Virus record (IMG/VR): IMGVR_UViG_3300008113_000084
Coordinates: 25,382-89,381 of that record
Direction: 5' to 3' (one strand)
Length of the DNA stretch: 64,000 bases
Source of the DNA: a virus
Below, in pieces: positions 38,313 through 48,191 of this stretch (the first letter of the stretch is position 1; every line of letters starts with the position of its first letter). The notes under the pieces are model-generated. The model saw nothing but the letters and a program-made list of their open reading frames with translations. It was not told the DNA's origin and ran no database searches. The position numbers and the translations under genes are program-made.

Positions 38313-38993
38313 TTACAGAGCTTTGAACGGATAAGCTACTCCACTCATCATCAGCTTTTTGCCGTCCCTGCTAGTTCTCAGTGTAGTTGAAGACTGTTTC
38401 CGCTTCTTCAAAAATCTAGCCAGAAACGCAGTGTGGATCAAGAACCTGGTTTCGTTTTTCTTGAGAAGGACGTAATTTTTGCTGGCGTTTACAACCCAAC
38501 CTTTGCTGTTCTGGTTGTACTTTACGACGTCCAGGTGCTCTGGGTTTATTCCCTCAGACTCTTTGACCCTTTGCTTTTCAGCCAGTTTTTCCAGCCTGGT
38601 CTTTCGGTTTTTGGTGTCAGCGACCGACACAGAACTTACGACTTTTCTTTCGTATTTTCTGGCGATATCGTCTTGGGTCTCGTCAAAGTTGAACAGCTTT
38701 TCTAGACACCCAATTTCATTGAGGATGTTTTGGAAGTCAGCTGTGCTTTCTGCTTTTGGTTCTGGCTTGGCTGTCTTGCTTGGATCGACAGCCCAGAAAC
38801 TGTTTGCTGCCTTGTTTTCTTCCGGTAGCGTTGAGGGCTTTGGTTGTGCTGGTTTTGGCTCTGTAGGCTTTTCTTGAAAGACTGGCTTCACAAAATACAC
38901 GTTGACCAAGTCTCTAGCAGTCATGAACTTTGTCATGGCTCTTCCTTGACTTATGTTTAGTGGTGACAAGACCAGAGCTGTAGCGCTGGTCAT
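38313..38993 (-). CDS. hypothetical protein
   Basis: ORF immediately 3' of the tRNA; true start probably MTKFM. Confidence 0.6.
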   Translation of the reverse strand: MTSATALVLSPLNISQGRAMTKFMTARDLVNVYFVKPVFQEKPTEPKPAQPKPSTLPEENKAANSFWAVDPSKTAKPEPKAESTADFQNILNEIGCLEKLFNFDETQDDIARKYERKVVSSVSVADTKNRKTRLEKLAEKQRVKESEGINPEHLDVVKYNQNSKGWVVNASKNYVLLKKNETRFLIHTAFLARFLKKRKQSSTTLRTSRDGKKLMMSGVAYPFKAL

Positions 38994-39066
38994 TGGGCTC
39001 CCTGGGATTCGAACCCAGAACCAAAGGATTATGAGTCCTCTGCTCTAACCGTTGAGCTAGGAGCCC
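38994..39066 (-). tRNA. tRNA with CAT anticodon, most likely Ile2 (lysidine type)
   Basis: GGGCTCC..TAGCTCAACGGTTAGAGC..GACTCATAATC..GGTTCGAATCC..GGAGCCCA; Ile2-like anticodon arm; no encoded CCA. Confidence 0.88.
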
Positions 39067-39108
39067 TGTGTACGCCACACCCGTTTAGACGAGCGTACAC
39101 CTTAGCCG

Positions 39109-39483
39109 TTACCGGCTGTTTTTTCTTTCCTGGGTCAATCTAATAATATCCTCCAGCTTGGCTACGTCTGCCCTGGGCCACGGACCATCGAACGCAGGTT
39201 CTTCTAGGGGCACACCTTCTTCTTTCAGCCTGAGGTACCGGTAGTAAACCCAGGCCTTGCTGATTTTAAGTTCTTGGGCGATTGCGTCTATACCCTCTGC
39301 GTGTAACATTGTCCAAACGTAAACGAAATACTCGTCTGTGACCTTTCTACTAAACTCTTTACCTTTTCGGGTTTTACCGTTAATTGATATAGGGTTGTTG
39401 AAGTCACAGTTTTTGTTGTTGATGTAGTTGTTTAAAATTACGTAGCTGTCTTCGATATTGATGTTGTCTGTAGAGATGTTCAT
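39109..39483 (-). CDS. HTH DNA-binding protein (paralog of 34643..35041)
   Basis: FVYVW..AIAQELKI...VYYRYLRL...GVPL..P. Confidence 0.6.
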   Translation of the reverse strand: MNISTDNINIEDSYVILNNYINNKNCDFNNPISINGKTRKGKEFSRKVTDEYFVYVWTMLHAEGIDAIAQELKISKAWVYYRYLRLKEEGVPLEEPAFDGPWPRADVAKLEDIIRLTQERKNSR

Positions 39484-39524
39484 CCTTGATTCCTCGTGTT
39501 GTGGTTGTTTAAATTGACGCTAAC

Positions 39525-40433
39525 TTAAACATTCAGGCTGATAAGGCTACTCAAAGTTTGTTTGACTTGTTCGAGATTAGCTGGCTTTAACTTCCTACTG
39601 CTCTGGTCTTCTTGGGTAAACACTGGAATAGCCTTCAAAAATAAATCTTGGCTAAGCTTAAACTCGCTGGACGTGGCTTTGCTGGTTATGCGTTTAAATT
39701 CAGCCATCAAAGGTGTTTCTTCAGGGTTGCTTATTAGGCTTTCCTGAAACTCTTCCTGGGTCAAAAGAAGCCACTTATCTAAAGCTAACTGCCTTTTGTG
39801 CATATCTCCGTTTGCAAGAAGCCAGGCGTAGACAAACGCTGAGCGCAAACCTCGTGAAGGACTTCCGCTTATAAACTTATTTCCTAAGCAGGAAGCGGTA
39901 TACGCTTCTGAAATCTGTTCAGCGATAGCCCCGCTGACCAGAGTTTTTGTTCTGCTTAGACCAGTCATAGTTCTGTAGAACAAGGTACACACTTCGTCGT
40001 GAGCCTTGTCGATACCGTTGGAGACCGCGTTGCTGCGCAAACGCGGTTTGTCCATGATCTTAAACTCTTCCCACGGAGCGTCCCACTTCAGGATGATCGG
40101 TATTTTTTCCAATTTGCTGAGTTTAAATCCATAGAGCCTGCTTTGGCCATTCGTGACGATAAGATCGTACGAGACGCAGATAGCGTCATTACTAACTTTC
40201 CAGCGGCCAGCCAGCATCTCTTCAGCGTAATCTTCCTCTCGGGCTTTATCCCGCCTGCGGTTGTTGGTGTTGAGGCTGAGAATATAGTCTGCCAATTCCT
40301 GAGTTAGCCAAACCATCCTGACATTACCAAAATCTTCCACAGGCACAGGCGCGAATTTTTCAATCATTGACAGGTGAAGTTTGCGAGCTTCGTCTGAGTA
40401 AGAACCGTTCGGCACGACGACTTTGGTAGACAT
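39525..40433 (-). CDS. ParB/Srx-like domain protein
   Basis: NTNNRR...YAEEMLAGRW...NGQSRL (cf. DGQHRL). Confidence 0.6.
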   Translation of the reverse strand: MSTKVVVPNGSYSDEARKLHLSMIEKFAPVPVEDFGNVRMVWLTQELADYILSLNTNNRRRDKAREEDYAEEMLAGRWKVSNDAICVSYDLIVTNGQSRLYGFKLSKLEKIPIILKWDAPWEEFKIMDKPRLRSNAVSNGIDKAHDEVCTLFYRTMTGLSRTKTLVSGAIAEQISEAYTASCLGNKFISGSPSRGLRSAFVYAWLLANGDMHKRQLALDKWLLLTQEEFQESLISNPEETPLMAEFKRITSKATSSEFKLSQDLFLKAIPVFTQEDQSSRKLKPANLEQVKQTLSSLISLNV

Positions 40434-40942
40434 TTTAAAATCTCCTGTTCTTCTGAGTTGCGGTCCTGTTCTTGTATTAGTCGCAAGATTTGAATCTGTG
40501 GAACAGAAGGCCAGTCTTGCCTTCGCTGTTGATTGCTCTGACGCTTGAACCGTAACCGGCTGGGTCATACCAGTGGTAGAACCAGTCGGTAAGTTCTTTT
40601 TCCTTGTCTGTCACGCCGTCACCGACAACGGTGATCTCGACGATTCCGCCGTAGTCATACTCGTAAACATCCCAGCCCTTGACGGCTTCAGGATTTTTCT
40701 CCGAGTATCCGCGCAGCCAGCTGATTCTTTCGGCAGGTACTTTTAGGCTCATTGGTCGTACCCCAGGATTTCGTTGACTTGGTCGAGCAGGCTTTCCTCT
40801 TCCAGCCCTTCGCTCAGCTCCCCTACCGTGTGCCTCAGGTTGTTCGTGTGCCTGGCCAGCTTTTTGACCAGGTCTTTCTTGTCCTCGGTCAAGCCTTCCA
40901 AAATGTCGTTGACCAAGTCTTCCAACGCTGCATCGTCCATGC

Positions 40943-41662
40943 TTATCCTCCTCGACTACCGCAGTAGTCCCAAGTTCTGTCTTCGTAACACTTTTCGCCC
41001 TTGAGACGCAGACGGCCCTGGAACCCAATGCCGCCTTCGTAGTACCGTAGCTGTATAAGCAGCTCGGGGTATTGCTTGGCCAGTTCTCGAATTACAGGTT
41101 CTGGCGGAGACCAAGCTGTACTGAAGCTGAGACCGTAAATAGACTTGCCGTCTTTTTCCTGGTAGCTGGAACCAGAACAGTCGGCGTTCCACTTTGTGCC
41201 CCAGTTCTTAACTCGCCAGTCGTACCAGTTCAGCACGCCATACGTTTTCATGTTGAAGTTGTAATTGTTAGCCATACGCTCGTACGACATGACCTTTTCT
41301 TCTGTCAGCGTGTCGCTGCCGTCGTCAATAGACGCATGACTTCCGATAACTGCCAAGAAAGCTTTGAGTCTATTTTCTGGATAAGCTATGGTTAGAGCTT
41401 CTGGAACAGCCAGATTTATTTTTCTTTTTTTGTCGCCGTCGTACTTATTGAGAACTTCTTGCACGTCCTCTTCTGTACCAAACAACGCTGTATAAACTGA
41501 CTCTAGGCTTCCTGAAACTGTGTCCTTTATAGTTATCGGCGTCGGTATTATCTTTTCAAAGTCTAGCGCTATTTCGCTTTCTCCTTTAATTCTCTTGCGC
41601 AGCTTCAGCACTACCTGTGGTTTTCCCTTTACTAGTAGATCGTTTTCGCACCAGTTCGGCAT
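40943..41662 (-). CDS. DUF1281/YubB ferredoxin-like protein
   Basis: MPNWCEN, WYDWRVKNWGTKW, FSTAWSPP and YYEGG. Confidence 0.8.
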   Translation of the reverse strand: MPNWCENDLLVKGKPQVVLKLRKRIKGESEIALDFEKIIPTPITIKDTVSGSLESVYTALFGTEEDVQEVLNKYDGDKKRKINLAVPEALTIAYPENRLKAFLAVIGSHASIDDGSDTLTEEKVMSYERMANNYNFNMKTYGVLNWYDWRVKNWGTKWNADCSGSSYQEKDGKSIYGLSFSTAWSPPEPVIRELAKQYPELLIQLRYYEGGIGFQGRLRLKGEKCYEDRTWDYCGSRGG

Positions 41663-41963
41663 TTTTAATATTGCCTTTCTTATCGATGAACCCTACCCAC
41701 TCGTGTATGCAGTCAGCAACGTGCATACGCAGCACGCTGGTTGGACAGGTGGTTAGCATGTTTTCAAACATATACGTGACCCACTTCAAGTCTTTTAAAA
41801 CTTTCTTGTGGTCGTTCCAGTAGACTTTCAACTCCGCAACTAGGCTTTCGTGTTCGTTGCGGAGTGATTCTCTTTTTGCTTTGTAAGCGTCTTCGTGAAA
41901 TTTGTAATGCACCTGCTGCCACTTCTCCAGCTTTTCTCTAAGCTGCTTCTCATCCTTGATCAT
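41586..41963 (-). CDS. hypothetical protein
   Basis: 125-aa ORF with GGAG SD. Confidence 0.6.
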   Translation of the reverse strand: MIKDEKQLREKLEKWQQVHYKFHEDAYKAKRESLRNEHESLVAELKVYWNDHKKVLKDLKWVTYMFENMLTTCPTSVLRMHVADCIHEWVGFIDKKGNIKNAELVRKRSTSKGKTTGSAEAAQEN

Positions 41964-41971
41964 TGGAACTC

Positions 41972-42301
41972 CTAGCTGTAGGCTTTGAATGCCACTATCG
42001 CTGCTACCGCTACGGCTAAGCAGACAAGAGCTTGAACGCTTATTTTCTTGTCAGTTAGCATCAGCGGTAGCGCCGAGTACATGACTGTTATGATTAGGTC
42101 CCAGATCAGCGATGCCGCCACGATTCGTTTCGTGTCGTTTAAGTGTCTTACCAGTAAGACCCACAGTGTTGCGGTCGCTAGAGTTAAAACCCAAGTAGCC
42201 GGAAAGACAAACCAAGCGTTTCTCAGGTTTTGGCTGTAGGTCAACCAGCTGAGCAGGCCATACAGGGCTATGGCCGAAGAGAAACACAAAATGACATACA
42301 T
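41972..42301 (-). CDS. small 4-TM membrane protein
   Basis: Four hydrophobic segments. Confidence 0.7.
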   Translation of the reverse strand: MYVILCFSSAIALYGLLSWLTYSQNLRNAWFVFPATWVLTLATATLWVLLVRHLNDTKRIVAASLIWDLIITVMYSALPLMLTDKKISVQALVCLAVAVAAIVAFKAYS

Positions 42302-42393
42302 AAAAGCCTCGGGGGAAAGAACTTGCGCTCTTTCCCCCGATAAGCTTATTCAGGTTTTATGTCAAGTTTTTATGTCAAAAACCTGACCGAATC

Positions 42394-42735
42394 TTAGTAT
42401 CGGCAGCATGCGTAGAACATGCCATTTGCCCCTTGCGCGATTCCGACTTCACGCGGTGCCCACTTATGCCTAAAACAGCAATTCATCTCAGCCTGGTGCG
42501 GGGTGACCCCACAGCCCACGCCTTCATAGCCGCTATTGCCGCCGAAGTGGCCGATGCGGCAGAGCGAGGCCATGTAATTGGCTGCGTGCTGCGCTGTTCC
42601 GAGAAACGGGCGATTGGTTTGTTGCGCGTTATTGGTGCCATATGTTCTGCGATTAACCAGTCCGAATGGTCCGGCAGAAACAACAGAAACGCTGGTCATA
42701 ACCAACAAAGCTGCAAACGCAACGCGACTACGCAT
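42394..42735 (-). CDS. secreted Cys-rich CAP-like small protein
   Basis: Signal peptide; GHFGG..YEGVG..NCC..YACCRY. Confidence 0.6.
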   Translation of the reverse strand: MRSRVAFAALLVMTSVSVVSAGPFGLVNRRTYGTNNAQQTNRPFLGTAQHAANYMASLCRIGHFGGNSGYEGVGCGVTPHQAEMNCCFRHKWAPREVGIAQGANGMFYACCRY

Positions 42736-42788
42736 ACTAAATTCCTTTCTTTACCATCCTTGAACTAAGGAACCTAACGGCAAAGCAG

Positions 42789-43082
42789 TCAGTTCTTCAG
42801 CTGAATGTCAGGCTGCTTGCCACTCTGGTGTACCTTAACGCCCTTCTCCTTGGCGGGAATCGTGGCGCTAAGTTTGCCATCCTTGCTGGTGATAGGAGCC
42901 AGTGTCCCATCTCGCAGCAACAGGGCGGGTTTGCCGCTCTTGTCCACCACCACAGACACGGGCTCATGGTGACGGGTTTCAACCCGAGACTCACGACGCT
43001 CGCGAATACGGTCTAAGGGCCCTGCAACTGCAAAGTTAGCGCTGCTCAAAGCAAGAACCGCAATCAAAGCAAACTTACGCAT
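42789..43082 (-). CDS. secreted hypothetical protein
   Basis: Signal peptide MRKFALIAVLALSSANFAVA. Confidence 0.65.
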   Translation of the reverse strand: MRKFALIAVLALSSANFAVAGPLDRIRERRESRVETRHHEPVSVVVDKSGKPALLLRDGTLAPITSKDGKLSATIPAKEKGVKVHQSGKQPDIQLKN

Positions 43083-43135
43083 TTAACTACCTTCCTGGAA
43101 CAAACAAAAAACAGACAAGGAATACTTGCCTGCAA

Positions 43136-43208
43136 TGGACCTGGCAGGAATTGAACCTGCGACCAGACGTATATAAGACGTCCGCTCGTACCACTGAGCT
43201 ACAGGTCC
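43136..43208 (-). tRNA. tRNA-Ile (TAT)
   Basis: Full cloverleaf GGACCTG..GACGT-CTTATAT-ACGTC..GCAGG-TTCAATT-CCTGC-CAGGTCC-A. Confidence 0.88.
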
Positions 43209-43245
43209 AGTCAGACTATGGTATCGAATATAATACCGTAGTCAA

Positions 43246-43319
43246 TACTCTCGGCGGGAATTGAACCCACAACCTACGGAGTAGAAATCCGTTGCTCTAT
43301 ACAGTTGGGCTACGAAAGC
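43246..43319 (-). tRNA. tRNA-Arg (TCT)
   Basis: ACGGA-TTTCTAC-TCCGT anticodon arm; GGTTCAATTCC T-arm. Confidence 0.85.
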
Positions 43320-43325
43320 CTTGGT

Positions 43326-44006
43326 TTAAGATAAGTTTTCTAAAGTTTCAAAATAAACGTTAGCTCTGCGTACGTTATCTTCTGACGCTGGTAATCCTAC
43401 GCTTACAAAATAATTAGGCTCTATACCTAAAGCTTGGTTAACCGCTATTCTGCCTTCTTGAGACGCTTCAAAATAAATATATTCCATATTAAAATCATCG
43501 TCCCAAAGTATTCTTTCTTGCATACACTCTATTACTTCTTCCCAAGCTTCGTTATTAGTGTCTTTAATTCCAGTTATTTCTACTTCTTTGTCTAAGTATT
43601 TGATATTACACTTGTTTAACCAATGTCTTAGTGATTTATTTTTCCAAGTTGCGTATTGAGGTTTGTTCGTTTTAGGATCATATAGCTCTATTTCGTCGTT
43701 AACCGTTTGTTTTAAAATGCAAAACACAGCGTGTACTATAGCCTCTGACCACGCGTACAGTTCTTTTGGTTCTGTTTCATCTACAAGTTCTTTGACCACA
43801 TAAGCTAAATTTACTATTTTTTCTTCGTCTGGCATTTTGTTAAAAACTTCTGAACAATAATCAACGGAGACAGGTTCATTTTCATCGTCTTCTTTTAAAT
43901 CTGTATAGAGTAGTATAGTGTCATAAAGACAGAATGCGCCGAAAAGAAACAATTCTTTTTCAGGGCCTCTTAAAACTCTAACTCCTGCGGAAGTTGCCCA
44001 GCTCAT
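43326..44006 (-). CDS. AT-rich acidic hypothetical protein inside the tRNA cluster
   Basis: 226-aa ORF with AAGGAG SD. Confidence 0.75.
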   Translation of the reverse strand: MSWATSAGVRVLRGPEKELFLFGAFCLYDTILLYTDLKEDDENEPVSVDYCSEVFNKMPDEEKIVNLAYVVKELVDETEPKELYAWSEAIVHAVFCILKQTVNDEIELYDPKTNKPQYATWKNKSLRHWLNKCNIKYLDKEVEITGIKDTNNEAWEEVIECMQERILWDDDFNMEYIYFEASQEGRIAVNQALGIEPNYFVSVGLPASEDNVRRANVYFETLENLS

Positions 44007-44034
44007 AAAAACTCCTTTTCAGTTAAAAACATAT

Positions 44035-44106
44035 AGCCACCGATGGGAATCGAACCCACAACCCCTGGTTTACAAAACCAGAGCTCTACCGTTGAGCTAC
44101 AGTGGC
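44035..44106 (-). tRNA. tRNA-Thr (TGT)
   Basis: GCCACTG acceptor stem; CTGGT-TTTGTAA-ACCAG; GGTTCGATTCC. Confidence 0.9.
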
Positions 44107-44143
44107 AAGACCGTGCGGAATGCCGGTTCCGCACGGTCTTAGA

Positions 44144-44506
44144 TCAGAAGGGCAGTTCCATGTCAGTCTTGATACCGTTTATGGTATCGGAGAGTTTGAC
44201 AATCAGCTTGAACAGCTCGTCCTTCTTTACTGCGTAGTGTGAGGCTGTGACAATCTCCTTGTCAACGTGCATCACACGCTCCGTGAATGTCTTGATTACG
44301 GAGTTTACTTCAGACTTGTACGCCTCGAGGGCTTCCTTGAAGCTCTGCTCCTTTTCGGCGATGCTGTGCTCCAGCTCGGTGTAGTGATCCTCCAGCGCCC
44401 GCAGCCTCCTTTCCAGGTTATCCAGCCGCTGTGACGTAACAACGTCTGGCGCTGCCAGCGCTGGGATGGGTTGCGTAACCGTCTTCTCTTTCCTCAAGCT
44501 GAACAT
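44144..44506 (-). CDS. coiled-coil hypothetical protein
   Basis: 120 aa; AAGGAG SD; hairpin 44107-44140 downstream. Confidence 0.7.
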   Translation of the reverse strand: MFSLRKEKTVTQPIPALAAPDVVTSQRLDNLERRLRALEDHYTELEHSIAEKEQSFKEALEAYKSEVNSVIKTFTERVMHVDKEIVTASHYAVKKDELFKLIVKLSDTINGIKTDMELPF

Positions 44507-44517
44507 GTTTACTCCTT

Positions 44518-46227
44518 TTAGAAGTCGATAAACCGCGACAACTGCGGCGCAGAGACCGTCCTGGTCTGAACCTGCTCTCTCTGTATATCTCGAACAGTTA
44601 CCGTACTCCTTTCTGGAAAGATATCAAAACTCATAAACACCTTCTCGTCAAGGCACACGGTGACACACACCTCTCTGACGGAGGTGCCAGGGAAACAGTT
44701 ATCCCTGTTGTTTTCCTCCGTAATGCTAACAACGGAGGATCGGAAGTCCGTAATTCCGTTTGAGAAAGATTTCTTGAAGATCAAACGCCCACCCAAGTAA
44801 ACATAAAGCGCATCAGACTTGTGCTGCCTGTTCTGGCTAAGCTCTCCAAACCGGAGAGTATGCACGCACATCATCTCGAAAGGATCAGAACCCTGTACTG
44901 ATACGCTGGCGACATTCTCATCCGCGAAAGTGTAGACAGTTGCTGGATCACCCAGATTCAATTCGTTAACATTGTCCAAGCTGCCCGTGTAGTTATGCTT
45001 GAGCACGTCTTCCCACGACCGGCTGTAGTAGCTAACGTCAGCAGGGTCGGTGGGTAGCAGGCTTTTGACGGTAGCTTTTCTGTCTTCCTCGTTGATCACA
45101 CCTTTGTTAGTCGAAACAGCTTCGGTGTAAATTCTTTGGAAGTCGTCGTAAACCCGCACCTCATTATTGACAGCGGCATACACTTTGTTCCTGCTGCAAG
45201 ACAGAGACAAAGTGTCGTCTGGCAATTTGAAGAGCATCATCGCCTTTTCCAAGGCGTACTCCGAATAACGAATCGATGGGTTGCGGTATGGGAAAAAGCC
45301 GTAAGCTTCCTTGCCCATCGTGTTTTGCGAGTCGCAGCTTCGAAGCAGCATACACACCCAGTGCTGATTCGAGTCTATTTCAAGCAGCGTCCTGCGGCTG
45401 GTGTGGATGAACTTGCTATTCAACCTAGCTGAGTCAGAAGCGCTCAGCATGCAAGTTCCCCGACGATACCTGCTTACCAGATTCAACTCACTAAGCTGAA
45501 TAAACTTGTTTCTGTAACCGTTGTAGCTGTGTTTGAAAAACTGAACTATGCGAGCTGCTGACATGTTTCTAGCTACGACGTGTTGGGCTGTAACAGAGCA
45601 TTCGTCTGCGCCTATCCAGCTTCTGAAAGAAAAATGCGACAGCGCCCTGGTCATATTCTTACAGTCGCTGGTGAAGAACTCGTCTGGCGTAATCGACAGA
45701 TCGCCCATCATTAGAGTTGACATTGCGAATATGTCCTGGCTGTCTAGCCTGGAACCTTTTACCGTCTCTCCCGTTTTCTGGTCTACGTAGGACGGATTAG
45801 CGCAAAACGTGTCGAACAATATGTCTGGGTAACGCCGCAAAGACTTTTTCTCAGCGTCGTACTTTAGAATACAGGCGTGAAACTTTAAAGGGTTGCCAGG
45901 GTCTTCGTAAAAAGCCAGGATTTGGCCGTTGCCAAAGAAATTCTCGTGAATGGCAACGTGCAGCACTTTGCCAGGCAAGTCCACTTTCTTGATAACTTCA
46001 TTGGATGTCTCGTTCACCAGGTGCAGGCGCTTGGGAGTGTCAGCACCAACGATGACGCAGCTGGGCCATTTGTTGCTCAGGCTGGTCTCGCGCCAGACTC
46101 TGGCGCGTTTTGACTTGGTTAGAACACCTTGGGCGGTATCGCTTGAGCTGATCTGGAACGACGATATCTTTGCCAAATCAGCCTTGATCCTCACCGCTTC
46201 GTGGAACGTGTTCACTTGCGTGTTCAT
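44518..46227 (-). CDS. large hypothetical protein
   Basis: 569-aa, beta-rich ORF. Confidence 0.75.
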   Translation of the reverse strand: MNTQVNTFHEAVRIKADLAKISSFQISSSDTAQGVLTKSKRARVWRETSLSNKWPSCVIVGADTPKRLHLVNETSNEVIKKVDLPGKVLHVAIHENFFGNGQILAFYEDPGNPLKFHACILKYDAEKKSLRRYPDILFDTFCANPSYVDQKTGETVKGSRLDSQDIFAMSTLMMGDLSITPDEFFTSDCKNMTRALSHFSFRSWIGADECSVTAQHVVARNMSAARIVQFFKHSYNGYRNKFIQLSELNLVSRYRRGTCMLSASDSARLNSKFIHTSRRTLLEIDSNQHWVCMLLRSCDSQNTMGKEAYGFFPYRNPSIRYSEYALEKAMMLFKLPDDTLSLSCSRNKVYAAVNNEVRVYDDFQRIYTEAVSTNKGVINEEDRKATVKSLLPTDPADVSYYSRSWEDVLKHNYTGSLDNVNELNLGDPATVYTFADENVASVSVQGSDPFEMMCVHTLRFGELSQNRQHKSDALYVYLGGRLIFKKSFSNGITDFRSSVVSITEENNRDNCFPGTSVREVCVTVCLDEKVFMSFDIFPERSTVTVRDIQREQVQTRTVSAPQLSRFIDF

Positions 46228-46540
46228 GTTTTTTCCTTAATGCCTCTATCTGTTGGGCCAGCTCTGCTGCGGCAATGTCCGCAGCTTCAAACATCTGGTT
46301 AATCTGGGCAGCCTGGTGCATCAGCATTTTGGACGTCTGTCCGCTGATGCCGACCAAGCTGGTGGGGTTGCTGACCGAGCCATCTCGGCCCAGCAACAAA
46401 CCGAAAGGAAGGTCGGTATTTCCGACCTTCCAGTTAAAGACAATCGCTACCGTGTCCAGGTACGGGTCAGTCGAAAAGCCCGCCTTGGTCGCTTCCTCGA
46501 AGTGGGTCAGGGTTTTCTGGACCGGCAGCATCTCTGACAT
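46178..46540 (-). CDS. hypothetical protein
   Basis: 120-aa ORF. Confidence 0.6.
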   Translation of the reverse strand: MSEMLPVQKTLTHFEEATKAGFSTDPYLDTVAIVFNWKVGNTDLPFGLLLGRDGSVSNPTSLVGISGQTSKMLMHQAAQINQMFEAADIAAAELAQQIEALRKKHEHASEHVPRSGEDQG

Positions 46541-46862
46541 GTTCGTCCTCTGTCTTGTCGGTAAGACTTTCCAGGGTATCTAAGAACCCTGTTGTTGTGC
46601 GCACAGCCAACCACCAAGGTATGACCGACCACCAAGGTAATATAGGGAGGCACAGCAGAGTTAGCCAGAGAGACGAGTGATATGAAAAACAGAACCGACA
46701 AGACAGAAGCTCACCGAACTTTCGAGTTACCCACCATTTGCCTTCGTCTCTGAATAACTCAGCCCAGGCTCTGTAGTATGCGAATATTGATCCATCAAAC
46801 CAGACGTCGAGTATGGCTTTGGAACCTAACACGCACAATACAAAAGCCATGGGCTGAGTCAT
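46467..46862 (-). CDS. DUF1360-like membrane protein
   Basis: GELLSCRFCFSYH followed by hydrophobic helices. Confidence 0.55.
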   Translation of the reverse strand: MTQPMAFVLCVLGSKAILDVWFDGSIFAYYRAWAELFRDEGKWWVTRKFGELLSCRFCFSYHSSLWLTLLCLPILPWWSVIPWWLAVRTTTGFLDTLESLTDKTEDEHVRDAAGPENPDPLRGSDQGGLFD

Positions 46863-47703
46863 CAGGCTATCTCCTACGCAACTTCTTCAGGCTTCTTGAC
46901 AGTTTCTTTGCTGCACACAAAGACAACGCTTTCAGCGTCGTCTAGGTCGTCTTTCACTGCCAAGACGTAGTCGGTAGAGTAGTTTACCTCGAAGAACTCT
47001 TGAGAGCAAAACTTCCTCCAGGTTTCCACCAGCCGAAAAACAAAGCCAGCATAGTCTCCATATTTTGACTCAGGCTTTACACACTCTTCGTAAAACGTGA
47101 GGCCGTCAATTTTCTCTGCGATCTGTTTGATCAATTCCTTGACAGGGAGCACAACGGCGCGTTGGTAGTCATAGTACTTGTTCATTTTTTCCTTCCTTCT
47201 GATTTTGCAGGTGATACGATTTGACCGAGCTGCTGAATGACAGCAGTCGCTCAAACTTGTCCTCGTACTCTTCTGGGAAGTCCAGAACAAAGTAACTTCC
47301 CGTGCCCTTGTATAAATACTCAGCCAGGTGCGCTCCGTCGATGGCCATTTCCAGGATTCTTCCCAGATAGCCAGCGTCAGTTTCCAGCTGGGTGTAAACT
47401 CGGTAGCGGATTCTGCCGTTCCCACTCTCGCCAGTAGGCGCTGGACGGCCCGACTTCTGGACGTTCGACGCAGTCATCAAGGTCACGGTCCTCGATAAAT
47501 TCGCGTACAAACTCAAGAGGCGACAGGCCAGCTTGGATCGCACGCTCCATCTCTTCTTCGCTGATGTCTGCATCATTTTTCGTAAGGAGAGTCCTTCTCC
47601 GTAAGTGCCACTCGCACTGGGCTTTCCATAAACCCGTTTCAAGCTGTTCGCTCATAAGGCTCCTGTAAATACTAGCGGCCAGGGTCTCCCCTGGCCGCAT
47701 CGT

Positions 47704-47883
47704 TCACTTGGTTTTGTCCTGCACGTATGAAAAGCTATAAAGCGTGCAGTACAGAATAACACCAGCAAACACGATAGGTACAAAGCCGCCGGTTACGAAA
47801 CAAAGCAAAGCACAACCGGCCAGCGTGAAGATAAAGATTCCGCCCAGATCGCCTAGCAAGGTAGCTCCTGCTAGTTTGGCCAC
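47704..47883 (-). CDS. 59-aa membrane peptide (not in ORF track)
   Basis: GTG start; (M)AKLAGATLLGDLGGIFIFTLAGCALLCFVTGGFVPIVFAGVILYCTLYSFSYVQDKTK*. Confidence 0.5.
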   Translation of the reverse strand: MAKLAGATLLGDLGGIFIFTLAGCALLCFVTGGFVPIVFAGVILYCTLYSFSYVQDKTK

Positions 47884-48191
47884 TCAGCAGATGTGGCTCT
47901 ATCCGGCACCGGTTCTCCTTGGGTATAACCCTGGGTAGTCGCGGAGGGTAAAGGCGGCTCCAGTGGATAATCTCTCAGCCTAAGAGCTGGAAGACTCACG
48001 GTACTCATGGGCTTGCGATAGGTCCCTACAAGCCCCCGCCTTTCAAGCCAACGTCTGGGTGAGCGACTGGTCATATGACATACCTATGAGGCCCAATACA
48101 GAATTATCACAATCACCAGTATAACAGGCCAACACTCAATAATGATATTGTTGGTATCATTGAATAGACTTTTAACAAACCCTTCCTCGTC

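Noticed and set aside
42351-42385. Tandem TTGACATAAAA as a sigma70 promoter
   Set aside because: No -10 box at 16-18 bp from either copy; only a short direct repeat next to a hairpin
44043-44237. ORF MGIEPTTPGLQNQSSTVELQ
   Set aside because: Typical antisense translation of a tRNA gene
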